Source: a virus | Taxonomy: Duplodnaviria > Caudoviricetes | Reading direction: 5' to 3' (one strand) | DNA: 64,000 nucleotides | Virus record (IMG/VR): IMGVR_UViG_3300043499_000058 | Span: 31 to 64,030 of that record | In this document: positions 19,356-28,506 of the stretch, piece after piece | Layout of the letters: every line of letters starts with the position of its first letter | Numbering within the stretch: the first letter of the stretch is position 1 | Notes under the pieces: generated by a model | Told to the model about the DNA's origin: nothing | Seen by the model: the letters and a program-made list of their open reading frames with translations, nothing else | Database searches by the model: none | Made by a program: the position numbers and the translations under genes

Positions 19356-19595
19356 TCAGTCAGGCACCTTCACCTTGTCGGCATTGTCAGTCTGCCACTG
19401 AGCGAACTGTTCAGCGACGACTTCGATGCCTTCCAAGAACGGCGTGCCAGCGCCAAGCTCCTCGACCCGGTTTCGGTATCGAGCGAGCATTCCGAGCGCC
19501 GACTTGTCTTGGCCGCGAATGACAAAGATCGGCTCATCGGCTGGAATGCCGAGAGCTTTCTTTGCCGCCCTGTAGTTGCCGTCATGAACACCCAT
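19356..19595 (-). CDS. hypothetical protein
   Basis: DEPIFVIRGQD motif of a kind common in phage small proteins. Confidence 0.7.
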   Translation of the reverse strand: MGVHDGNYRAAKKALGIPADEPIFVIRGQDKSALGMLARYRNRVEELGAGTPFLEGIEVVAEQFAQWQTDNADKVKVPD

Positions 19596-20003
19596 CTACT
19601 TGCCCTTCTTGCCCGCACCGGCCGCGACAGCGACCGGCTCCTCGTCCTCCGCAGGCTCCTCGGCTTCCGCCTCGGCGTCGTCTGTGCCTGCCTCGGCCTC
19701 GGTCGGCTCGGGCTTCTTGTTGAGCGTGATCGTGACCGACACGTAACGCGGTGCTGCGTCGTTTTCAGTCACATGCTCGTGTCCTGACAACGTGATGTTC
19801 AGCGTGTGATCGTCCGGTAGCGACTGTCCCGTAGCTGACAAGAACTCCTGCGCCAGATACGGAACCTCAGACACCACGCGCTTGACACCATCCTTCAGCA
19901 CATCCTCCGCCGTGGGGTAGTTCTCGGCGAACTTGGCGAGCAGGTTGTCATACACATCGTCGTAGTCCGCAGACTCGACAACCGTTCCGAAGCTGTAACT
20001 CAT
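19596..20003 (-). CDS. acidic hypothetical protein
   Basis: AGGAGG SD. Confidence 0.7.
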   Translation of the reverse strand: MSYSFGTVVESADYDDVYDNLLAKFAENYPTAEDVLKDGVKRVVSEVPYLAQEFLSATGQSLPDDHTLNITLSGHEHVTENDAAPRYVSVTITLNKKPEPTEAEAGTDDAEAEAEEPAEDEEPVAVAAGAGKKGK

Positions 20004-20011
20004 GCGTCCTC

Positions 20012-20617
20012 CTATCCCGACGCACCCTCACGGAGCTTGGTGGGCCGACAATCGCCCTCGCACCGTGGGGTCGCCTTTTTCACCGGGAGACACTTCTTGG
20101 ATTCCCGGTACTTGATCTTGACAATGATCTTCGGCTTCGACTTGACGACCTTGATCTTTGTCACTGTCTTGGTCTTGCCTGGCGTCGTGATCGTGGTAGT
20201 GACGGCAGGCAAAGTCACGACTGGAAGCGTCACAGCGGGAAGCGTGACAACTGCGCCGGGGTTGTTGATCGTGACCGTGTTCGTGTTCGTCACCGTCTGC
20301 GCTGGCAGGGTAACGGTGGTGCCAGGCGTTGTCACCGTGGTAGTCGTACCGGGTAGCGTGACCGTCACCGTCTCGGTGATGTCACCCGGCTCGCCGGGAC
20401 ATCCGCCCTGCGGTGCCGGGATGATGTCCTCCCGATCCTGATGGTGCCGGTGCGCCTCGACTGCATTGTTGCTGATCGTGATTTCCACATAGGGGTTCGA
20501 CGCCGATCCGGTTGCGTGACAAATCATTGTCTTGCTCCCTGTGGCGAGTACCGTTGACGCTCCCAGGCCAGCGGCCAAGAGAGCGACGGTTGCTACTGAA
20601 CTGACGACCTTTTTCAT
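20012..20617 (-). CDS. secreted protein with His/Cys domain and Thr/Val/Pro-rich stalk
   Basis: signal peptide; ICHATGSASNPY...H..H..D; TVTLP repeats. Confidence 0.8.
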   Translation of the reverse strand: MKKVVSSVATVALLAAGLGASTVLATGSKTMICHATGSASNPYVEITISNNAVEAHRHHQDREDIIPAPQGGCPGEPGDITETVTVTLPGTTTTVTTPGTTVTLPAQTVTNTNTVTINNPGAVVTLPAVTLPVVTLPAVTTTITTPGKTKTVTKIKVVKSKPKIIVKIKYRESKKCLPVKKATPRCEGDCRPTKLREGASG

Positions 20618-20625
20618 GTGACCCC

Positions 20626-21090
20626 CTACTTCGACTTCTTGGCCGACGACTTCTTGCCGCCGCTCGACTTCTTGGCCTGGGCCGCTTCCTCAGCCTCGCG
20701 CTTTGCGGCCCGCTCTGCGGCCTTGCGCTGACGCTCCTTGGCCTCTGCGATCAGCCGCTTGCCCGCCTTGTCAGTCGGCTCGGGCGCTGCCTCCTTCACG
20801 CGCTTGACAACACCCGCCTTGACTCTGACCTTGGCAGGCGTGGGGTCAAGCCACTTCTCCTCGCCGGTCGCGCGATCCGTGCCCTTGCGCTTCGGCTTGG
20901 CCGGGATTCCTACCGGCGTGAGGTTGACGAGGCCGAACAGCGACACCTTGTCACCCTCGGCAATCGTCTCCTCGATGACGCTTGACAACGAGTCGATGAA
21001 GTCCTTGGCGTTCTTCTTGGGAATGCGAAGGTCGTCCTCCATGACTTCGAGCGTCTTGTTGAGCAACTGAGCCTGTGTGAGTGTGGGCAT
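20626..21090 (-). CDS. HU/IHF-like DNA-binding protein with Lys-rich tail
   Basis: GDKVSLFGL..L....PAKPKRKG....TGE. Confidence 0.88.
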   Translation of the reverse strand: MPTLTQAQLLNKTLEVMEDDLRIPKKNAKDFIDSLSSVIEETIAEGDKVSLFGLVNLTPVGIPAKPKRKGTDRATGEEKWLDPTPAKVRVKAGVVKRVKEAAPEPTDKAGKRLIAEAKERQRKAAERAAKREAEEAAQAKKSSGGKKSSAKKSK

Positions 21091-21130
21091 ATTTGTCACC
21101 CGCCCTTTCTGCTAGAGGTTTAATACGTGA

Positions 21131-21164
21131 TCTGCGGGAAGGTCATGACGACGCTTCCCGCAGA
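21131..21164. promoter_or_regulatory. 11-bp inverted repeat in the leader of the HU gene
   Basis: TCTGCGGGAAG-N12-CTTCCCGCAGA. Confidence 0.55.
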
Positions 21165-21193
21165 ACGCGCACCTAGGTAGTTCGTTTGTCAGG

Positions 21194-22453
21194 CTACTTG
21201 CCCGACTTCTTGCCGCCCTTCTTGCCACCGGACTTCTTGCCGCCCTTGCCCTTTTTCTCCTCGACCGGCTCGGGAAAGACGGACGCGAGCATGTCGCCGT
21301 CGTCGTCCTTGGCAGCGGTGATCTTCACCTGCTGGCCTTCCTTGTAGTCGTCCATGTCCAGTTCCTTCCAGTCACGGCCGTTGTCATCTTCGCCGTCATC
21401 GAGGAAGAACAGGTCGAACTCCGTCCCGTCCTCCGTCTCGACTGTCAGGGTGTCCTCCTCCGAGTTGACGCTGGTGATTGTCACCAACTCCTCGTCGTAG
21501 GAATCTTCGGCGTAACCGGCCTCCGGCTCGGCCTCAGCCTCACCGACCTCGGACACCACGAAATCGCCATCGTCGTCCTTCTCGAAGCTGACAACGATCT
21601 CGTCGCCCTTCTTGTTTTCGGTGAGATCGACTTCATCGGTGCCATAGATGTCGAACTCCGTGCCCTCGTCACCGACCATGACCGTGAGGATGTTGTCCTT
21701 CTTCTTGGCCTTGACAACCGTGACAGTCAGTTCGTCGGCGTCGTCGGCTTCCTCGGGGTCGAACTCGTCCGCGTCGGGTTCCGGCTCCTCATCGGCAGGC
21801 TTGCCCTTCTTGGACTTCGAGGACTTGCCGCCCTTCGGCTCCTCGTCGTCGTCGTCCTTCTTTTTGTCATCGTCCTCCTCCATCGCATCCGAGGCGTCCA
21901 TCTCCTGCATGACGCGGCGCATCTGCTTGGTCGCCATCTTTTCGAGCATGTCGTCATCGACATCCTTGAGAGCGGCCTTCAGTTCCGCCTTTGTCAGCTT
22001 CTCGTTCTTGTTGCGGATCGAATACTTCCCGTTCCCTTCGAGCCGCTTGATCTTGAACTTCTGCCCGAGGACGTTTTCATCCTCGTACTTCATGTCCACG
22101 AACTCTTGCAGGACGTAGTAGTTGATCGTGAACACCTTGACTTCGCCATCGATCAACCACAGCGTCTTGGCGCGGGTGGAGGCATTGTCACCCTCCTCGC
22201 ACAGCGGGCAGTCGTCGCCGCCAGCGCACGGGCAGTAGCCCGTAGCGGGGGTGTAATGCTCGAAGTATTCGTACCACCCCGGATTGTCACCGACTTCGGG
22301 ATCGGGGATGAACAGCGCATACCCCTCGAAGAAGTCGTTGGTCTTTTTCAGGGTGATGAATCCACCACGCCCTGCATTGCGATCCTCAGCCGAGGTTACG
22401 CGGCGCGGTGTGAGAGTCTTGCTGCCTTTAGCCAATTGGCACCTTCCTTTCAT
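21194..22453 (-). CDS. ssDNA-binding (gp32-like) protein with acidic repeated C-terminal domains
   Basis: H...C..DDCPLC Zn site, acidic tail, position after primase; start uncertain. Confidence 0.6.
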   Translation of the reverse strand: MKGRCQLAKGSKTLTPRRVTSAEDRNAGRGGFITLKKTNDFFEGYALFIPDPEVGDNPGWYEYFEHYTPATGYCPCAGGDDCPLCEEGDNASTRAKTLWLIDGEVKVFTINYYVLQEFVDMKYEDENVLGQKFKIKRLEGNGKYSIRNKNEKLTKAELKAALKDVDDDMLEKMATKQMRRVMQEMDASDAMEEDDDKKKDDDDEEPKGGKSSKSKKGKPADEEPEPDADEFDPEEADDADELTVTVVKAKKKDNILTVMVGDEGTEFDIYGTDEVDLTENKKGDEIVVSFEKDDDGDFVVSEVGEAEAEPEAGYAEDSYDEELVTITSVNSEEDTLTVETEDGTEFDLFFLDDGEDDNGRDWKELDMDDYKEGQQVKITAAKDDDGDMLASVFPEPVEEKKGKGGKKSGGKKGGKKSGK

Positions 22454-23483
22454 TACGACGTTCGGGCTTTGTCACTTTCAGATCGATACCACGTTCGCGG
22501 AGTCTCCGCTTGAACGCTGACAACGAGATTGCGTTTTCGATGATGCGCCAACTCTCCTTTCCTGTCAATTCTGCCGGGTCGCCTTTCCCCTTCGGGTACA
22601 GGCACACGAAGTTCGGAATGCTTGTCAGTTTCTCCGAGGCCATGATGATGTTTTTCACCCCGGCCCCGTCTCTATCGAACATGTGGTAGATGCGCTTCGG
22701 GCGAAAGCTGCGAATGATCTGAGCCTGTCTGTCTGACAAACCTGTTCCGAGAATTCCACCTGCCGGTACCCCGTACTCCTGCTGGCAGATCGTGTCCAGC
22801 GATCCCTCCACAAGAACGAGGCCGAGAGAGGATACCTGCTTCCTGTCCAACTTGCAAGCGCCGAACAGAACGGCCGTCTTGGTGGCTCCCTCGGGCCAGT
22901 AGAGGTATTTCGGCCAGTCCTTCTCACGCACAGCGCGCTTGATCAGGAACCGGGTGATCCCTCGTTCATCGTCGGCGGGGATGACAATGCGCCGGTCGTC
23001 AGCGTCCCACCCAAGCCCCCACGCAGAGATCGCGCCTCCTCCAATGCCGCGCGTCTCAAGGTACTCAAGCGCGACGGCAGGCAGGTACCGATCAAAGCTG
23101 CCGAGATCCTCGGGTTTGTCAGGAGCATCGACCGGCCGAGCAAGCCTAACCTTCCCGTCAGTTCCACGCCGCTTTCGTTTCGACGCAGGGCCAAGCTCAA
23201 CCCTTGTGTGTCGAACGATAAGTTTGCGAGCTTCTTTTTCACTGATCCCCTTGATCTTGGCGATGGCCTTCTCGTACGTGCCTGAAATCCCACAGGACGC
23301 GAAGCAATGAACGAGAGGCTTATCGAGGTTTACCTGAAAATGCCGCTTGTTCGATCCATGCTCCGGGTTCGGACAAACTACCAGGGGCGCGAACCCACCT
23401 GACAAGTCAGCGTTGGGCGGGAAGTCTACGAACTCCTCCCACAACGCCGCGCCATCGAGTTTGCGCCCCCGGTAGTTGATCAC
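22428..23483 (-). CDS. DNA primase (Zn-binding plus TOPRIM)
   Basis: CP..H...HCF.C, LVEGSLD, FDRDGAG, KGDP. Confidence 0.9.
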   Translation of the reverse strand: MINYRGRKLDGAALWEEFVDFPPNADLSGGFAPLVVCPNPEHGSNKRHFQVNLDKPLVHCFASCGISGTYEKAIAKIKGISEKEARKLIVRHTRVELGPASKRKRRGTDGKVRLARPVDAPDKPEDLGSFDRYLPAVALEYLETRGIGGGAISAWGLGWDADDRRIVIPADDERGITRFLIKRAVREKDWPKYLYWPEGATKTAVLFGACKLDRKQVSSLGLVLVEGSLDTICQQEYGVPAGGILGTGLSDRQAQIIRSFRPKRIYHMFDRDGAGVKNIIMASEKLTSIPNFVCLYPKGKGDPAELTGKESWRIIENAISLSAFKRRLRERGIDLKVTKPERRNERKVPIG

Positions 23484-23857
23484 GGAACGACAACGATCGG
23501 ATCGGTTTTCAGGTGGATCGTCTGACCCGTCTTGAACGTCGGGAACGACTGCTCCCGCGCTAGCTCGCGTTGGTAGGCCATGAGTGCCCGCCCTGCCTCG
23601 GGGTCAGGTTCAGGACGATCATGTAGCACCGGCGTATGCGAGCCTGCAAGTTCGTCCCATACCTCTGACAAAGGTGACGTGCCGTGAAAGTCAAACTGCG
23701 CCGCTGATAGCAGACGCTCTCCCACGTCCTCGGGATCACGATTGTCAGGCCGGCGACCGTCATCGATGGGTACCCACGTCACCGGGGCGTCGGGGTCGAT
23801 CCCGAGCTTCGGAAGATCACGATACTTGTCATGCCCTAGCCAGCGTCCGCCCTCCAT
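23480..23857 (-). CDS. hypothetical protein
   Basis: packed ORF. Confidence 0.6.
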   Translation of the reverse strand: MEGGRWLGHDKYRDLPKLGIDPDAPVTWVPIDDGRRPDNRDPEDVGERLLSAAQFDFHGTSPLSEVWDELAGSHTPVLHDRPEPDPEAGRALMAYQRELAREQSFPTFKTGQTIHLKTDPIVVVP

Positions 23858-23859
23858 CG

Positions 23860-24033
23860 CTAGCCCTTCACTTCGTCTGTGACCACGCTGACAATTTCCT
23901 CGGGCGTCATCCGCAGAAGCACAAAGCGCACAGCCGTCCGCAGGTGAGTTTCGGCCTCGGACTGCGTGTGTGCGATCACTTCCTCCCTCGCCGGAAGCAC
24001 AGGTGGTTCATCGATGTCGGTTGCCTGTGCCAT
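23860..24033 (-). CDS. small hypothetical protein (MAQATDID...)
   Basis: hand translation; TGA-CA-ATG coupling. Confidence 0.55.
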   Translation of the reverse strand: MAQATDIDEPPVLPAREEVIAHTQSEAETHLRTAVRFVLLRMTPEEIVSVVTDEVKG

Positions 24034-24035
24034 TG

Positions 24036-24242
24036 TCAGATGATCCTCCGGTATTTCAGCTTACCGTCCTCGTCCAGATGACGAGGCTGCTCGGCAACCT
24101 CCACCTGAGTCTGTAGCTCGCCTGGCTCGCGCCGGGAAAGCTGCTCGACCCCACCCTGCTCGCCAGGCTTGCCTGACAAGATTTTGACACCACGATCAAC
24201 GACACCCTTGCGGGCGTCTGGCTTCGTCCCTTGCTCGCTCAT
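24036..24242 (-). CDS. hypothetical protein
   Basis: ATGA-coupled to dnaB. Confidence 0.55.
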   Translation of the reverse strand: MSEQGTKPDARKGVVDRGVKILSGKPGEQGGVEQLSRREPGELQTQVEVAEQPRHLDEDGKLKYRRII

Positions 24243-25615
24243 TTTGTCACTCCCTTCTTTCGCTTGACCCCTACTGGCTTTGGCGCGACTGCGCCCTCGA
24301 TGATCTTTGTCATCTCCTCGTCCTCTACCTCGTCGTCCTTCCCATTCATGTAGCTCCCACTCGGCTCGTTCGTCTCTCGCATGACCCCGGTGTTCGGAAA
24401 GAAGTCTAGCTCGAACCGAAACGACTGTCCAAAGCGCGACTTACTGCACTTGACAATGAGCTTGCGTTCCTCGCTCATGTGTCGCAGGCCGATCACATGG
24501 TCGGCTCCCTGCACCGGCACGTCCGAATTGAACGAGGTATCCATCCCCGGCGCGTCGTCCTTGCCGGTCATTTGCCGGTGCGCCTGATTTGTCACGATGA
24601 TGGGGATGTTGTACGTCTCGGCCATAGAAGCGATGTGCTGGCTCATGTCCGAAATCTCCTCCGTGCGCGAGTACCGCTTCTGGCTCGCATTCAAGAAGTA
24701 GATCGGATCGATGATGACAACATCAGGATTCAGTCCATCGATCTTCGCCTCGATGTACCCTGTAGTCATCCGAGTCAGATTGTTCGTCTTTGTCAAGAGG
24801 ATAAACTCGCCACACTCACCCTCGACGTACTCCATGAACCGCTTGTACGTTTTCATCGGGTAGCCGATCCCCGACATCAACGCCCGGTTGCGGAAGCTGT
24901 GTTCGAGGCCCACGGCCTCCTTCACTTCCGGCATGGCTGACAAGATCGTGTGGAACCGGCAGGTGTGTTCGTGCCGATTCATCTCAGGACTGAACATGAC
25001 AACCCGGTACTTGCGGATGACCGAGTTGGCCCCGAGGCCCGTCGTGAAGTAGGACTTAGACTGACCCGGCCTGGCCAGAATGACAATCATCCGACCGTTA
25101 ACGAGGCCGTCCCAATGGTGATCGATCCACTTGTACCCGGTCGGGATGCCTGGCGGCTCGCCTGCGTCACGCAGACGGCGAAGGCGCTTCTGCTCCTCGT
25201 AGTGATCGCGCCACCCACTGACAAGTAGGTGATCAGATGCCTGCGAATGTTGCCGGGTGATCTGTCCGAGGATGTCACGTGCAGCCTGGGCCTTCTGCAC
25301 AGCGTTCTCGACTTCCAACTCCTCACCGAGCGTATCCATGAGCGCGGTGATCTCGGTAAAGGCTCGTTCGTTTTTCAGGTCAGGGAGAAGGTCTTGCAGG
25401 CGCTCGTCCACCACCAACATCTCGAAGTCGGGGAACTTCCGCATGAAAGTCCGCCGCGAAATCGGAAGCCGAGCGGAGGCACGCTGCTCGATCCAACCGA
25501 ACTCCTCCTCGTAGCTGACAAAATCCTGGGCAGAGACTCCGTGTTGGTACGTTTTGCGGAGTCCGCCAACACCCTCAGTGACAATCGCAGCAATTACGTG
25601 GGCTTCGACGCTCAT
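24239..25615 (-). CDS. dnaB: DnaB-like replicative helicase
   Basis: GIPTGY, LARPGQSKS, FSPEM, IIDP, Q.AD, KSRFG. Confidence 0.92.
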   Translation of the reverse strand: MSVEAHVIAAIVTEGVGGLRKTYQHGVSAQDFVSYEEEFGWIEQRASARLPISRRTFMRKFPDFEMLVVDERLQDLLPDLKNERAFTEITALMDTLGEELEVENAVQKAQAARDILGQITRQHSQASDHLLVSGWRDHYEEQKRLRRLRDAGEPPGIPTGYKWIDHHWDGLVNGRMIVILARPGQSKSYFTTGLGANSVIRKYRVVMFSPEMNRHEHTCRFHTILSAMPEVKEAVGLEHSFRNRALMSGIGYPMKTYKRFMEYVEGECGEFILLTKTNNLTRMTTGYIEAKIDGLNPDVVIIDPIYFLNASQKRYSRTEEISDMSQHIASMAETYNIPIIVTNQAHRQMTGKDDAPGMDTSFNSDVPVQGADHVIGLRHMSEERKLIVKCSKSRFGQSFRFELDFFPNTGVMRETNEPSGSYMNGKDDEVEDEEMTKIIEGAVAPKPVGVKRKKGVTK

Positions 25616-25711
25616 AGGCTGCTCCCCTCTCTCACACTCTCACCCCTGGTATTCCCCGACCCCCTAAAGGGGGAGGGAGAATCCCCATGGTTCAAGAGCA
25701 GAAACAAACGC

Positions 25712-26029
25712 CTAAGAAGTGACAAGTTGCCTCCTTGCTTTCCGAGAAGCTCGCAGAGCGATAAGTGACAACCTGTTGTGATCAAGACGAGAGATCAGAT
25801 CGAAATTGCTGTGATGATTGTTTGATCGATCTCGGTCGCTGTGATGGACACATTGATCGCTTGTCAGTGGACCAAACTTCCACTCCCCAATCAAACGATG
25901 CGCAGGCTTGTAGCCCGCAACTCGCTTGCCATCCTTGACAAAACAAATCGCTACGCGAAGGTAGCCATCGTTGTCGATGTAACCGAGAGGATGCTTGAGA
26001 TCGAATCCGATTCGCCTGCGTTTTTTCAT
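25712..26029 (-). mobile_element. HNH homing endonuclease
   Basis: DGYLRV...AHRLI...VHHSDRDRSNN..SN....R..H. Confidence 0.85.
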
Positions 26030-26394
26030 CGAATCCAAACTCCTGCGATGAAAGCCTTGTTGATCCAGACCTTCTTGCCTCGATCTTTCACAGCATCAAG
26101 TCCGCCGCCCATTAGCTCGAACTCGACTGCATACGTGTCTACATGACAAACCATCGCTGCGATGGTGTCATCGGCCGAGAGTAGACCATCGCTCGGTGTT
26201 GCGAAGTCTGCGGCGAGAACAAGATCGACCAACGTTTTGTCACGCTTGGCTTTGATCAGCGCCATGTCGTATCCGTACTCGCGCTTGGGCGCGCGGCCAT
26301 GCCGCTTGCGTTCAACCATTACTGCTTCCAAGTGAACCTCCTTGTCGGGCCTGACAATCAGAGAGTGCGACCAAGAGAAGCGGGGAGAGGCCAT
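26026..26394 (-). CDS. hypothetical protein, first gene of the replication operon
   Basis: GGGAGGGG SD downstream of a promoter. Confidence 0.65.
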   Translation of the reverse strand: MASPRFSWSHSLIVRPDKEVHLEAVMVERKRHGRAPKREYGYDMALIKAKRDKTLVDLVLAADFATPSDGLLSADDTIAAMVCHVDTYAVEFELMGGGLDAVKDRGKKVWINKAFIAGVWIR

Positions 26395-26430
26395 AGCCCC
26401 TCCCCTGCACCTGATCGTCACCCAACCGGG

Positions 26431-26460
26431 ACAGTAGCATCGAACCTCATTGGGCGTCAA
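26431..26460 (-). promoter_or_regulatory. promoter TTGACG-N18-TACTGT
   Basis: shares TGCTACTGTCCC with the 1600 promoter. Confidence 0.7.
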
Positions 26461-26465
26461 GGGAC

Positions 26466-26553
26466 TGCTGTACGGGCCTGTGAGGGCCAGGGAGCGCCGG
26501 ATCGACCTTTCGGGTACCCCGCCGCTTTCCCGACCCTCACAGGCCGTACAGCA
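26466..26553. repeat. 20-bp inverted repeat / long hairpin
   Basis: TGCTGTACGGGCCTGTGAGGG (26466-26486) vs CCCTCACAGGCCGTACAGCA (26534-26553), one bulge. Confidence 0.85.
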
Positions 26554-26633
26554 AGGCGTCAGAGGGGCTTCCCCGAGGGCGGGCACGGCTCCACCCCCCT
26601 GACCTTTGGGCGGGCCTCAGCCCGCGAGCTTTG

Positions 26634-26888
26634 TCAGGACGTTGTGACCTTGGCCACGCCGTCCGCAGGAACCTCAACCTTGGCCTTTGCGCCGACCATC
26701 GGCTCCATCGGCGTCAGGAAACCGATCACCAAATACGCAGCCGCGCTGCCAAGCCCCCACACGAACGGGGCAAGCTCGAACGCCTCGACGCCTGACTGAA
26801 AAACTTTGCAGACGTAGACAGCTACCGCGACGGCCATCGCACGGACATACATGCGAGCCTGCGGATTGTTGCGATACCAAGTGGTCAT
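26634..26888 (-). CDS. holin-like membrane protein
   Basis: two hydrophobic segments at the end of the lysis cluster. Confidence 0.55.
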   Translation of the reverse strand: MTTWYRNNPQARMYVRAMAVAVAVYVCKVFQSGVEAFELAPFVWGLGSAAAYLVIGFLTPMEPMVGAKAKVEVPADGVAKVTTS

Positions 26889-26900
26889 TGTCAGTTCCTC

Positions 26901-27119
26901 CTAGCAGCCGTGGATGTATTGGTAGCTGTTCGTTGCGGCGCGGTACCAAATGCAGTCGTAGTGACCGGCATAGGTGCCTGGGTAATCGGGTGGGTGGTAG
27001 TACGGCCCCCAATACAGGTAGTCGCCACCGCCGCACGCGCATCCGTCTGCTACTGCCGCCGACGCTGAGATTGTCAGCATGGTCAGCACTAGCCCTACGA
27101 GAATGATCAGTCGCTTCAT
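26901..27119 (-). CDS. secreted Cys/Tyr-rich peptide
   Basis: signal peptide ending AVA; 48-aa mature part with 4 Cys. Confidence 0.7.
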   Translation of the reverse strand: MKRLIILVGLVLTMLTISASAAVADGCACGGGDYLYWGPYYHPPDYPGTYAGHYDCIWYRAATNSYQYIHGC

Positions 27120-27128
27120 TTCCTCTCC

Positions 27129-27689
27129 TTAGTAGAAGTTCTGCGTTTTCAGGTGGTAGTACGCATCAGATGGTTCTCCGTAGCGTCCGTCGATGTATGA
27201 CAATCCCCAAGCGATCTGTCTCCGCGCGTCGTATCCAGCGTTCGCGCAGTTGTCCATGCGCTGTGGGATTCCGCACGCATCGCTATCTGGATTGTCAGCA
27301 TGTTCGCTCCATCCGCTTTCGTGGTTCCAGAGCAGGTACAGAGAACACCATTCATCTCCGGTGTGCCACCCGTACGCTCGGGCCATCATGTTTCCTAGCG
27401 CGACGTTCGGGTTGTCACTCCAACAGCGAGGATCGACCTTGGGTTGCATCGCCCTGACTGTTTCGTTCCGTTCGATTGTCAGCCATGCAACCGCCTTGCA
27501 TGACCATCGCTTGTGATCGCCACCCCCATGCCCACATACGAACCTGGCATGTTTGAGGTTTTCAGTCTGCGAAGCAAGGCGGGCTTTCAGTGATGCGCCT
27601 TTGGGCTTCGTGACTAGATGTGCCTGGGCTGTGCTTGTCCCGCCGAACATGAAAACCACCATGACGGCAGTTAGGGCCAGCTTACGCAA
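27129..27689 (-). CDS. secreted lytic transglycosylase (SLT-like)
   Basis: signal peptide; LWNHESGW...A.GIPQ...QIAWGLSYI..RYG. Confidence 0.88.
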   Translation of the reverse strand: MRKLALTAVMVVFMFGGTSTAQAHLVTKPKGASLKARLASQTENLKHARFVCGHGGGDHKRWSCKAVAWLTIERNETVRAMQPKVDPRCWSDNPNVALGNMMARAYGWHTGDEWCSLYLLWNHESGWSEHADNPDSDACGIPQRMDNCANAGYDARRQIAWGLSYIDGRYGEPSDAYYHLKTQNFY

Positions 27690-27753
27690 CGTGCATCCTC
27701 CTTACTAGATGACAAAATCCCGACTACTTGGTCGGTCTACTCAGTTTTCAGGT

Positions 27754-28023
27754 TCAGATTCTTGACCCCCTTTCCCGCAGTTTCTCGCAATATGCAAGCG
27801 CGTTGCGCAACACTTCATTGTCAGTTTGTAGGTTGGCGATCAATCGGTTCAAGCCGTCGATGACTTGACCAATGGTGCCACTTTCGACTGTAGCGATCCC
27901 TGCCTGCTCTGCAATCGCGTCTACCTTCTGCGCCCGCTTGTACGCAAGGTATCCGAGCAAGAGGCTTGGGAACGCAGCGACGAGCGCCAACACCAATGCG
28001 CTGTTGAGAATGCCATGCCCCAT
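27754..28023 (-). CDS. membrane-anchored coiled-coil protein (lysis module)
   Basis: N-terminal TM helix plus coiled coil. Confidence 0.65.
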   Translation of the reverse strand: MGHGILNSALVLALVAAFPSLLLGYLAYKRAQKVDAIAEQAGIATVESGTIGQVIDGLNRLIANLQTDNEVLRNALAYCEKLRERGSRI

Positions 28024-28506
28024 TCAGTCTCTCCTCGCAGTCCACGGATTGATGAACGGTTCCAACAAAAGCGGCAATTCAAGTAGAGCCATGCCGACAT
28101 AGAGAATCGGAAGCTGCAAGCTTCCTTTCCCGGTCAGGAACGGTTCCGTCGCGCCGAGCGCGATGAAAAGCATGAACCCAACCTCGGCTGCCATTGTCAG
28201 TCGTACAAGTCGCAGGTTGCGATAGACGTTCAAGAAAACAAACTTTGCGCAGGCGAGGAACATGAAAACCACGCCCCACACATAGTTTGGTGTTTGCCAG
28301 AGCAAGAACGTTGGGGAAAGGAACAGGAAGTTGAGGCCCAACAGTGTGCAGACACCGCCATAGGTCATGACAAGCAGCCACAGGTTTGGGTGGGTTTTCC
28401 GAATGTCAATCACGGCACCATTCACCACCGGCCCTTGACCAGCGACGCGGTGAAACCTTGAAGTCCTGTTTGTCAGCACAGGCATTGGGCCATTTCCGGT
28501 TGTCAT
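28024..28506 (-). CDS. multi-pass membrane protein (holin candidate)
   Basis: about four TM segments, directly after the endolysin. Confidence 0.65.
   Translation of the reverse strand: MTTGNGPMPVLTNRTSRFHRVAGQGPVVNGAVIDIRKTHPNLWLLVMTYGGVCTLLGLNFLFLSPTFLLWQTPNYVWGVVFMFLACAKFVFLNVYRNLRLVRLTMAAEVGFMLFIALGATEPFLTGKGSLQLPILYVGMALLELPLLLEPFINPWTARRD

Noticed and set aside
26461-26630. tRNA, tmRNA or SRP RNA in the structured intergenic region
   Set aside because: No cloverleaf or T-loop GTTCGA, and no SRP GGAA/AGCAG motif was recognised
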